Shown here: piece by piece, positions 1 through 7,685 of the stretch
How positions within the stretch are numbered: position 1 is the stretch's first letter
Layout of the letters: every line of letters starts with the position of its first letter
Assembly: GCA_016938275.1 (NCBI GenBank)
Contig: JAFGUZ010000204.1
Coordinates: 9,820-73,819, forward strand
DNA: 64,000 bases
Direction of reading: 5' to 3'
From: Candidatus Delongbacteria bacterium
GTDB lineage: Bacteria > UBA4055
Translations under genes and position numbers: made by a program
The notes under the pieces: generated by a model
Database searches by the model: none
What the model saw: only the letters and a program-made list of their open reading frames with translations
Told to the model about the DNA's origin: nothing

Positions 1-308
1 TTCACATCTATGATAAATATTTGATTCTTACTATCTTTACCATCTGCCTTACGAATAATAGCTAAAGTTCTACCATCTGAAGACCATTTTGGTGATTGAC
101 AATTACCATCTATCTTACTTGACAACTGGGTGTGCTTTTTCTTCTTTACTTCATATAACCAAAGTTCGCTGATATATTTGTTGTCATTCCAATCGGTAGC
201 AAGTTTCTTGTATACTACCATTGTTCCATCATTATTAACAACTACTGATCCAATTTTCTCAAGTGAAATTATCTCCTCAATTGAAAAATGTTTTCTTTTT
301 ATTGTCAT
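1..308 (-). CDS. S9-family serine peptidase, N-terminal beta-propeller part (5' end only; the gene runs off the left edge)
   Basis: Not in the ORF track because there is no stop in the window. Reverse translation from ATG (rc of 306-308) gives MTIKRKHFSIEEIISLEKIG...CQSPKWSSDGRTLAIIRKADGKDSKNQIFIIDV. SPxWSxDGxxLA is the typical propeller-blade motif of acylaminoacyl/prolyl-oligopeptidase-type enzymes. AGGAG (rc of 315-319) lies 6 nt upstream of the ATG. Confidence 0.55.
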   Translation of the reverse strand, partial: MTIKRKHFSIEEIISLEKIGSVVVNNDGTMVVYKKLATDWNDNKYISELWLYEVKKKKHTQLSSKIDGNCQSPKWSSDGRTLAIIRKADGKDSKNQIFIIDV

Positions 309-364
309 ATATTTCTCCTAATATAACTGTTTGAATAATTTATAAAAGCAATGAGCGTTATTAC

Positions 365-496
365 TTGTAACGTTGAGTGTATGCGTAGTGGCGGATTTCG
401 GAACTTTTCGCTATCAAACCGAGATGGTGTTGGTGCGAGTCACAAACCTTGATATTTACTACTTACTCCGCCATTACGTATGACACATTGTTGGTG
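365..496 (-). other. attC-like imperfect palindromic recombination site (R''-L''...L'-R' layout), 3' of the DUF262 gene
   Basis: Minus-strand reading: CACCAAC-AAT-GTGT[C]ATACGTAATGGCGGA-(71 nt)-TCCGCCACTACGCATACAC-TCAAC-GTTACAA. The stem is 19 bp (plus-strand 377-395 with 467-486). It has two G-T wobbles that exist only on the plus (bottom) strand and one bulged base (G482). It starts 8 nt after the stop codon at 504-506. Confidence 0.45.
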
Positions 497-503
497 GTAG
501 TAA

Positions 504-2138
504 TTACTCAAACGAGTCATCACTTTCATTGTCTGTACTATATGGGTCATAATCAATTTCGCCTCTTATCTTAGTTGTTCCAGTCAAGTCAATAATTTCT
601 TCAGCAATTAATTGTTTTCTTTGATTAAAGAACGAATCATAATCAGAATTTTCTAAATGCTCAATACATTTTTCATCTATAAAGTGTGATTTCAATATCG
701 AGAGAAAATTGTTACTATGTGCTTTTTTGATATCGCTAACGATTTGAAGGAAATTTAATTCTTTAGTCTCTGTTCTACTACTAAATAGAATATTTACACA
801 TGATCTAGAATTCTTACTGTTAGACTCCTTATCTATAATATAGTGAAATTGATTTTTGTCAACACTTGATAATAGAGTATTGCTTTCATAAATAATGCCT
901 TCTATTAAATCAATTGGTTTTCTGTTTGCTAATAAAAGAGCAAAAGTCTTGCTATTTGCAAGATTTAATCTAAAATCATCATTAACAAAACGATCAATTG
1001 AAATCTCCTTTTCAATAGGTATTTCATCTATTTTTAATAATGCAAAATTCCGTATTAGTTCTAGATCCCTTGCATTTTGCCCTGTATTTGATGTGCCAAA
1101 ATGCCTTGAAATAGATGTTTTCCAAAACCACTGTTTTAGCTTTAGAATCTGACCCTCACTTGGTCGAGGCTGAAGATTAAAGAATTCCACCAAAAATGTC
1201 AATTGTAGACTGTATGGCAAGTATGCCGCTGTGGGTAGAAATATTTCATTGTGCAAGAACTCTATAGCGTTAATATACCCACTTGTACATTTTTCTGAAG
1301 CTAACTTTAAGTTTTCTGATGTCTCTGATCTTAAACGATCAATATTTTCTCTATTTATTCCTAACCCAGCACAGGCAGAAATATTCCTTAATATATGATT
1401 ATCCGAAATTTCAAAATAATTACGTTTCTGACATTCTCGCTTAATTTGTTCCAAAGCATCATTCAGGTCAAAATCACCTTTCCAAGTTGCAGCACGCATT
1501 AAATCAACAATTGTCAACTTTCGTCCAGTACTATTTATCCTTTCAAAAATTGGTGCTACCTCATTAATTGTCATTTCACCAATTTTAACAACGGCTATTT
1601 TATAATCTTTAATTGATCGTAATAATTTTTCTGCGTTTTTGTAGAATTTCTCTTTTTTAGGATGTGCTTCAAAGGCACTGCATTGTGAAATAAAATCACT
1701 AGTATTTAATAATTTATTCAAAGGAAAGTATTCAATCTTAAACTCATCTTTTGGATAAATAAATCGCTCCTTTTCCAAGTCAAAAGCAACATTCCAAAGA
1801 CTACGTGAATTTTTCCCATCCCAAAATAAGGTACCACATAGGCTAGAGACTCTTTGTTGTCCATCAAGCAAATAGTTAGTTGGATAAAAATCCGTCTCTA
1901 CATTTATTATTAGTTCTGCAATATTCCTTTCACTTACTAATTGTTCAGATGATTGCCATAATAGAATACTCCCTATAGGATATCCATTATAAATACTATC
2001 TAAGAGCTTAATCACTTCTTTTCTCTTCCAAACAAAAGGTCTTTGAAATTTCGGTAATCTGATGTCTCCAACTATAACACCTGTAACAATTTCTTCAATT
2101 CTTTGTATATCTGGTTTTGGGTCTTTATATTTCATCAT
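504..2138 (-). CDS. DUF262 (ParB/Srx-like, GmrSD/SspE N-terminal type) domain protein with no clear DUF1524/HNH module
   Basis: N-terminal motifs are LPKFQRPFVW, GYPIGSILLW and YLLDGQQRVSSL (the DGQQR signature of DUF262). The C-terminal half has only a weak FHYIID...VNILFSS relic where relatives carry the His-Me finger. The tail is acidic. The start overlaps the upstream gene by 14 nt. Confidence 0.75.
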   Translation of the reverse strand: MMKYKDPKPDIQRIEEIVTGVIVGDIRLPKFQRPFVWKRKEVIKLLDSIYNGYPIGSILLWQSSEQLVSERNIAELIINVETDFYPTNYLLDGQQRVSSLCGTLFWDGKNSRSLWNVAFDLEKERFIYPKDEFKIEYFPLNKLLNTSDFISQCSAFEAHPKKEKFYKNAEKLLRSIKDYKIAVVKIGEMTINEVAPIFERINSTGRKLTIVDLMRAATWKGDFDLNDALEQIKRECQKRNYFEISDNHILRNISACAGLGINRENIDRLRSETSENLKLASEKCTSGYINAIEFLHNEIFLPTAAYLPYSLQLTFLVEFFNLQPRPSEGQILKLKQWFWKTSISRHFGTSNTGQNARDLELIRNFALLKIDEIPIEKEISIDRFVNDDFRLNLANSKTFALLLANRKPIDLIEGIIYESNTLLSSVDKNQFHYIIDKESNSKNSRSCVNILFSSRTETKELNFLQIVSDIKKAHSNNFLSILKSHFIDEKCIEHLENSDYDSFFNQRKQLIAEEIIDLTGTTKIRGEIDYDPYSTDNESDDSFE

Positions 2139-3168
2139 TATCCTTTTTAAAAGTTAGAGGTTCAGTTACAACGACATTTTTATCAAAGATATCTTTGTGT
2201 CTTTTATCGAGTAAAAGCCTAGAGTTCATATTTTGAAGAATGTCATAATTGTCAATTAAATATTTGAAGTTTGGATAACCCAAATTTGGCTTATCTGAAT
2301 AGTAGTTGATAGGTGTTAAAGAGTTATAAAAAATTAGAACCAATTCATCTGTTGATAATTGAGCTCTAACAATATTGCAATAAAACTGTTTTTCTTTATC
2401 AGTTATAAGACTAGTTTTATGCACATATTTAAAAATATGGTACAAATTCCTAAAATAGTGCCCTAAATTATATTGATATAAATGAAAAAATCTTTCATAT
2501 TCGGACTTAACTATTTTCTCTTTGTCATCAATTGGTTCACTTATGAAATTTTCAATATCTTGATCTGATAAAGTCTGCAGATTCTTAATTTCTTCCTTTT
2601 CCAATTTTTCAAAGAATGAATGTTGGATGTCTCTTTTTGCTTTAAAATCAGAAACTTCGTTTGCGTCCAATTTAGTTAATGCGGAATATTTGAAGTATTT
2701 ACAATGACTTCTATATTTGAGATCTTTAATCGCACCTATAAAAAACTCTCTCTTTTCGTATGTTTCACCATCTATAGGTTTGATTTTTAGCTTATCAACA
2801 ATTTCGTTATGCAAAGAAAGTAATTGGAAAAAAGTATTCTCAAATCTTTGTTTTTTAAGAGTGTCATTTTGTTTAATAAACTCTCCTCTAGTTTCTTCTA
2901 ACTCTTCTCGTTGTAATTTTAGTTCTCTTTTTTGTAACAAAATTGTAAAAATGATACCTGCAAAAGCTAATGCAGAGAATAATGCATTGATTACACCAAA
3001 TTTGTCACCAAATAAACCTCTAGTTTCAACATCAGAGAGTTTAGAAAGATCTGTTGATACAATTTTATAGTCAATATATTGCCATGAAAAATACCAAAAT
3101 ATGACAACTAAAATAAATAAAATTAAACCAATAATTATATCTTTTGTATTTGAACTATCTGTTTTCAT
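2125..3168 (-). CDS. AbiC-like putative abortive-infection membrane protein (putAbiC family)
   Basis: Two N-terminal TM helices (IIIGLILFILVVIFWYFSW and INALFSALAFAGIIFTILLQ). The family-typical segment is GLFGDKFGVINALFSALAFAGIIFTILLQKRELKLQREELE. Later motifs are FFQLLSLHNEIV, YFRNLYHIFKYV and IVRAQLSTDELVLIFYN. The 347-aa size matches the AbiC family. Recognised from memory of the family, not by search. Confidence 0.65.
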   Translation of the reverse strand: MKTDSSNTKDIIIGLILFILVVIFWYFSWQYIDYKIVSTDLSKLSDVETRGLFGDKFGVINALFSALAFAGIIFTILLQKRELKLQREELEETRGEFIKQNDTLKKQRFENTFFQLLSLHNEIVDKLKIKPIDGETYEKREFFIGAIKDLKYRSHCKYFKYSALTKLDANEVSDFKAKRDIQHSFFEKLEKEEIKNLQTLSDQDIENFISEPIDDKEKIVKSEYERFFHLYQYNLGHYFRNLYHIFKYVHKTSLITDKEKQFYCNIVRAQLSTDELVLIFYNSLTPINYYSDKPNLGYPNFKYLIDNYDILQNMNSRLLLDKRHKDIFDKNVVVTEPLTFKKDNDEI

Positions 3169-3225
3169 TTTTATCTTCCTTTGCCATATTTAATTTATAT
3201 TTTATGTTCATTAGAATACTCTTAT

Positions 3226-3236
3226 TACCACCAACA
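3226..3236. repeat. Right arm of the 11-bp inverted repeat (partner 489-499); contains the core-site-like GTTGGTG on the minus strand
   Basis: Plus 3226-3236 taccaccaaca is the reverse complement of plus 489-499 tgttggtggta. The right arm lies 58 nt (repeat end 3226 to start codon 3168) upstream of the AbiC-like start. The left arm lies 5-15 nt downstream of the DUF262 stop. Confidence 0.6.
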
Positions 3237-3244
3237 TCTGTATT

Positions 3245-3268
3245 CCCTCCCAAATGGGAGGTATTTTT
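3245..3268 (+). terminator. GC-rich hairpin plus T-run on the plus strand (intrinsic-terminator-like, antisense to the cassette)
   Basis: Stem cctccc (3246-3251) pairs with gggagg (3256-3261) across a 4-nt loop aaat, followed by tattttt. There is no U-run on the minus strand. No plus-strand gene is annotated upstream, so the function is unclear. Confidence 0.3.
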
Positions 3269-3327
3269 CCATTAAATATTGCTGCTTATGGCGGGTAGCC
3301 GCCCAATATCGGCTTAAAAGTATCATT

Positions 3328-3612
3328 TTACTCTTCTCCTTCAATAATTAACCGATCCAAAGGATTCTTGAGCTTACCAAAAGCACTTTTAGTTACATGA
3401 TTGCAAATTTCTGTTGTTTTAGAACTTTGATCTCCTAACAATTCTTGAAAATATCTTAGATCAGTACCTTTTTCAAGTAAGTGCATATCAAATAAATGTC
3501 TAAGTGTGTGAATAGAAGCCCATCTATTTATACCAGATTCTACATACTCTGACTTCAAAGCTATTCTCTTTTCATCACTAAAAAGAATTTCACCAAACAA
3601 AATCTCTCTCAA
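3328..3612 (-). pseudogene. Tyrosine recombinase relic, IntI-like C-terminal fragment (about the last 90 aa), catalytically dead
   Basis: The sequence IHTLRHLFDMHLLEKGTDLRYFQELLGDQSSKTTEICNHVTKSAFGKLKNPLDRL matches box II of tyrosine recombinases (HxLRH...LLGH...TxIYTHV). His is replaced by Asp (LGDQ) and the nucleophile Tyr by Cys (EICNHV). The ORF opens at a TTG right after a stop, so the N-terminal two thirds are missing. The tail G..L.NPLDRL resembles integron-integrase C-termini. Confidence 0.75.
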
Positions 3613-4087
3613 AACTATATCCTATTATTCCAAATGAACAATATTATTTTAACAACTAAATCTAACTTTGTCAACGATAATTAACTTACAATTTACAACT
3701 CCAAATTGTAGCTAAATAATATTCCTTTTTTGCATACTCTTCATCATATTAGTTTTTCAAAAATAGTTTTCTTTAAAGTTTTATCAAATTTACCTCTATT
3801 TTTAAAATTTTGTATTCTGATTCTAAACCCCTTCAATAATTTGAAATTTTGATAGTAAATCAGTTCAATTACTATTTTTTTTAACAGCTTCTTTAGTTCA
3901 ATACCTACCTGATAGAGCATTCCTTAGTCGTAGTCTGCCAGCTAAAGTTTTAGCATAATCTCCAAGTTAATTTACACAATGAACTACACGGAGTTTAAAT
4001 TAAGCACCTCTACGTCGAAGCAAAGCGAAATGATTGGCGACAATTCAAACCCTAATAATTTCGTAATAATATTCACCAAAATAAAGG

Positions 4088-6295
4088 CTAAATCGGATAC
4101 TCTTTTGGTGGTATTTCGCCTAATAGATGAGTTACAAAATAATCCCACTTTTTTCTATGAACATAAGATATCCACAAACAATTATGATCAGCATTTGGTA
4201 CAATCAAGATATCAAAGTCTTTATTATACTCTATCAATTTGGCAGCCAAACGAGTTGCTTGAGTGGGCAGAACAATAGGATCAAGTTCTCCATGAATTAT
4301 ATAAAGTTTCCCTTCTAGTTTATGGCAATGTGAAATAGGAGATTGTTCTTTATAAAGCTTTTCATCATACTCTCCTAAATATATTTGTGAATACCAGTAG
4401 CAATGATTACTCCAATCATAAACACCGGAAACAGCAACTCCTACTTTATAGAAATCACCGTAATTAAACAGAGCATTTGCTGTATCAAAACCACCATGAG
4501 AAGCTCCAGTTATTCCAACTCTATCAAGATCCAGATAAGAATACTTTCGTGCAAGCTGTTTTATTGCATAGACATGATCAGGCAATCCACTATCTTTGAA
4601 GTTTTTATATGAGTGCAGGCTAAATTTCCTATTTCTCTTATTTCTTCCTCTACCATCAACCTGTATAACAATAAAACCAAGTTCTGCTAAAGCCTGAGAA
4701 TCATCTCTCCACAAACAGTCTAAAGAGGTGTGGATATATCCATGACCTCCGGTGTAACAATTATCTATTACTGGATATTTTTTATTAGGATCAAAATTTG
4801 ATGGTCTATGAATTAAACCATAAATTTTAGTTTGTTCATCACAGGCAGTTGCTTCAAATACTTCGGGCATAACAAATCCGGTTTTTTCAAGATCTTTTAG
4901 ATCAGATTCTTCTAAAAGCATCAGTTCTCTTCCATCTTTATCTCTAAGTTTGGTTATCCAGCCAAAATCCGGCAAATTATAATTGTCAATTATGTAATCA
5001 AAATTGGGAGAAAATTTAATATTGTGATCTCCTTTATCCGGTGTTAAAAGTTGTAAATTATTCCCATCAAGATCAACTTTATATAAATAGTGCAGATAAG
5101 GATTATGATCATCTTCTCGACCTCCGCAAGCTATAAAATACAATTTCCTTTTTTCTTCATCGCAATGAACAATCTCTGTTACAAAAAATTCTTTATCAGT
5201 GATTTTGTTTTTCAATTCGGCTTTTTGCGTATCATAGAGGTATAAATTACAATATCCGTCTCTTAAACTGCCCCAGATTATTTCATTACTGTTTTCTAAA
5301 ATTTTAACTATCATATTTTCAGGATCAATATACTCCTTGGAAGATTCATCAATAATATCCTTTGTAGTTTTTTCTGCATAATTGTATTCTTTCAAGATAT
5401 ATCGTTTAAAACCTTGTTTCACATCAAGATAGTATAGATAATTATTTTTTTCTAACCACAAATTCATTCCACATATATCTAGGAGCTGTTCTTTATTTAC
5501 TTTCGTTATCTTCATACTGTTAACATCCAGTAAGAAAATCTCAATAAGCGATCTATTATTGATAGCTAAAGATCTCTGCCAGCTTTTTGCTTTAGGCAAC
5601 AAACTGTCAGAAGGCATCGCCTGTACAAAAGTTATTTTTGAAGCCATTCTCATATCAATTCGTGAAAAACATAAAGTATTAGAATCACTAGACCAAGGAT
5701 GATCATAGTATTTAACTATTTCAAACACACCTTTCTTCGTAATTTCAGGCGAAGATAAATCATAACAATACTCAAAATCTTCTACACCATCATAAGTGAT
5801 TTGCCTTTCTTCTTTGGTTCTCAAGTTTCTTAAGTATAAATTATATTCTTTGGCAAAAATTTGAAATTTACCATCAGGACTGACATTTTCAAGTTGCTCT
5901 TTACTTTCATTTTTCTGTAAAGTTATAGCTAAATCAGTTAAGTTTAATTTATATTCTTTATCTTTGTAAGCGAATATAACTTCACTTCCGCAAAATGAAA
6001 TTAGAGTTAAATCCAGACTATCTGCCTCTAATGGCTTTTCTAAAAATTTGTTTAAATTTTCAGCGACTTTCTCAACATTAAAGGCTACTTGTTTAGTATT
6101 GGCTTCAACATCAATTAGCCAAAATTCTTTCTTCCCATCACGAAGATTATTTCTGTATATAAATTGATTGTTTTCTGAATTGAAGATTGGATCTACAGAG
6201 GTTTTGTAAATTCTTTTCTTCATATTTCGCCAAACAGCTTGTTCTGCTCTTTGGTAATTGGCGTATATAGGTGAAGTCTCTACCTTATTTGTCAT
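4088..6295 (-). CDS. Dipeptidyl-peptidase IV-like S9B serine peptidase
   Basis: 735 aa with a long N-terminal propeller region. The C-terminal alpha/beta hydrolase carries the nucleophile motif GITGASHGGF, Asp in IIHGELDPIV and His in NADHNC. Confidence 0.85.
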   Translation of the reverse strand: MTNKVETSPIYANYQRAEQAVWRNMKKRIYKTSVDPIFNSENNQFIYRNNLRDGKKEFWLIDVEANTKQVAFNVEKVAENLNKFLEKPLEADSLDLTLISFCGSEVIFAYKDKEYKLNLTDLAITLQKNESKEQLENVSPDGKFQIFAKEYNLYLRNLRTKEERQITYDGVEDFEYCYDLSSPEITKKGVFEIVKYYDHPWSSDSNTLCFSRIDMRMASKITFVQAMPSDSLLPKAKSWQRSLAINNRSLIEIFLLDVNSMKITKVNKEQLLDICGMNLWLEKNNYLYYLDVKQGFKRYILKEYNYAEKTTKDIIDESSKEYIDPENMIVKILENSNEIIWGSLRDGYCNLYLYDTQKAELKNKITDKEFFVTEIVHCDEEKRKLYFIACGGREDDHNPYLHYLYKVDLDGNNLQLLTPDKGDHNIKFSPNFDYIIDNYNLPDFGWITKLRDKDGRELMLLEESDLKDLEKTGFVMPEVFEATACDEQTKIYGLIHRPSNFDPNKKYPVIDNCYTGGHGYIHTSLDCLWRDDSQALAELGFIVIQVDGRGRNKRNRKFSLHSYKNFKDSGLPDHVYAIKQLARKYSYLDLDRVGITGASHGGFDTANALFNYGDFYKVGVAVSGVYDWSNHCYWYSQIYLGEYDEKLYKEQSPISHCHKLEGKLYIIHGELDPIVLPTQATRLAAKLIEYNKDFDILIVPNADHNCLWISYVHRKKWDYFVTHLLGEIPPKEYPI

Positions 6296-6414
6296 TTATG
6301 ATTCTCCTTAATTTGTTTAATTTATTATTTTCATTGAGCTTTTAAAACAATTAAAGATACAAATTTACAATGCATTTAAACTATCTCAGGCTTTGAAATG
6401 CCAATTTAATCGTA

Positions 6415-6674
6415 TTACCAAATCCAACACAATTCTGAATAAATCCCCTCTTTTGCTAGCAATTTGTTATGATTGCCAAGTTCTGCTACCTGATTGTTAT
6501 TGATAAAGCAATTTGATCAGCATTTATCAAGTTAGAAAGCCGATGTTCTATCATGATTACTGTTCGAGAACTGGCGATTTTGTTAATATCCTCCTGTGCC
6601 AGTTTTTCATTGATATTATCTAAATGGCTTGTAGTTTCGTCAATGATGATTAATTCTGGATTTTTCAAGAGCAA
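6415..6674 (-). pseudogene. ABC exporter ATPase relic (Walker B to C-terminus only, with a frameshift)
   Basis: The listed ORF gives LLKNPELIIIDETTSHLD...VIMIEHRLSNLINADQIALSI, then a stop. The normal C-terminus NNNQVAELGNHNKLLAKEGIYSELCWIW* continues in another frame (6415-6501). No Walker A, signature motif or TMD is present upstream, and the pseudo-start is a TTG directly after a stop. Confidence 0.7.
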
Positions 6675-6819
6675 TATTTTTCACGAAAAGTATAACTAAA
6701 ACTATTGTTTAACTAATAAATAATTTTTCCTTTTAACTTTGTAAATTCTCCACTAAACACATTTCTTGACATATAGGGGTTATTACTATTATCTTGTATT
6801 TGTCAATAATGAGGAAAAT

Positions 6820-7683
6820 ATGGATAATATTGATTTTAAAAATGATCTATTATCTTCAATCGGAATAAACGATGAAGAGTTTTATCTTTTAAAGTCATAT
6901 ATACATAAACACTTTGGCATTAATCTAACAACTCAAAAAAAGTCATTATTAATAGGACGATTACAGAAAGTAATAAAAGACAAAGCACTAAATAGTTTTA
7001 ATGATTATTATAACTTCCTCATAAACGATTCTACAGGTAAAGCAGCTAGTGAGCTCATTAATAAAATTTCTACAAATCATACTTACTTCAATCGAGAAAA
7101 AGCTCATTTTGAATACTACGTCAATTATGCTTTGCCAGATGTTTTAAATAATAACAGCTCAACGAAAATGAAAGATATTCGTATTTGGTGTGCCGCATCT
7201 TCAACAGGAGAAGAACCTTACATGCTCACCATATTGCAGCATGAACTTTCAGAGAAGATTGGAAAATTATGGGATATTGGCTTACTTGCTACTGACATCT
7301 CTATTGAAGTGCTAAATATTGCTAAGAATGGAATTTACGAAACAGAAAAATTGACTGCAATGCCAAAGAGACTTATTCAAAAATATATGCATAAATTTGA
7401 TTCCTCATCCTATCAAATGAATGATAATTTAAGAAATCAGATAGTATTCAGGCGTTTTAATTTAATGAATGATTTTCCTTTCAAATCACAATTTGATATA
7501 ATATTTGCTCGTAATGTCATGATCTATTTTGACCAACAGACAAGGGATAAACTGATAAATAAATTTTATAATTTTCTTAAACCTGGGGGTTATCTATTCA
7601 TCGGTCATTCTGAGACATTAAATAGAGCTACAAATAAATTTATTTCTGTAAATCCTGCTGTTTATCAGAAGCAACCGGAGTAG
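6820..7683 (+). CDS. cheR: Chemotaxis protein methyltransferase CheR
   Basis: Motifs TYFNREKAHF, IWCAASSTGEEPYML and ARNVMIYFD. I prefer the ATG at 6820, preceded by GAGGA (6811-6815), over the TTG at 6766. Confidence 0.9.
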   Translation: MDNIDFKNDLLSSIGINDEEFYLLKSYIHKHFGINLTTQKKSLLIGRLQKVIKDKALNSFNDYYNFLINDSTGKAASELINKISTNHTYFNREKAHFEYYVNYALPDVLNNNSSTKMKDIRIWCAASSTGEEPYMLTILQHELSEKIGKLWDIGLLATDISIEVLNIAKNGIYETEKLTAMPKRLIQKYMHKFDSSSYQMNDNLRNQIVFRRFNLMNDFPFKSQFDIIFARNVMIYFDQQTRDKLINKFYNFLKPGGYLFIGHSETLNRATNKFISVNPAVYQKQPE

Positions 7684-7685
7684 TA

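Larger units (their letters stand above)
365..3612 (-). mobile_element. Decayed integron-like element: intI-like pseudogene, spacer with GC hairpins, and one attC-bounded two-gene cassette (cassette about 371..3234)
   Basis: Three components: an IntI-like recombinase relic (3328-3612), a core-site-like G|TTGGTG at the cassette 5' boundary (rc of 3229-3235), and the attC-like site (365-496). The 11-bp inverted repeat 489-499 / 3226-3236 brackets exactly the two genes. Confidence 0.4.

Noticed and set aside
130-321. Listed 63-aa plus-strand ORF.
   Set aside because: It is antisense to the well-supported S9 peptidase N-terminus, is low-complexity and hydrophobic, and has no RBS.
377-486. The long stem-loop next to a defence gene could be a retron msr/msd or another defence-associated ncRNA.
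   Set aside because: No reverse transcriptase, TnpB/IscB or other RNA-guided partner gene is adjacent. The flanking AAC/GTT boxes, the bulged base and the complementarity to the cassette 5' boundary fit an attC-type DNA site better. An RNA role is not excluded.
895-3070. Plus-strand ORFs 895..1152 and 2717..3070 inside the DUF262 and AbiC-like genes.
   Set aside because: They are antisense shadow ORFs with Ser/Leu/Phe-rich composition typical of the reverse strand of AT-rich genes.
3687-3710. Perfect 8-bp hairpin tacaattt-(8 nt)-aaattgta, considered as a possible second attC or att site.
   Set aside because: It is purely AT-rich and has no AAC/GTT boxes or flanking complementarity. Such hairpins are expected by chance in AT-rich non-coding DNA.
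3979-4612. Plus-strand ORFs 3979..4278, 4127..4318 and 4403..4612.
   Set aside because: They are antisense shadows of the DPP-IV-like gene with no recognisable motifs.
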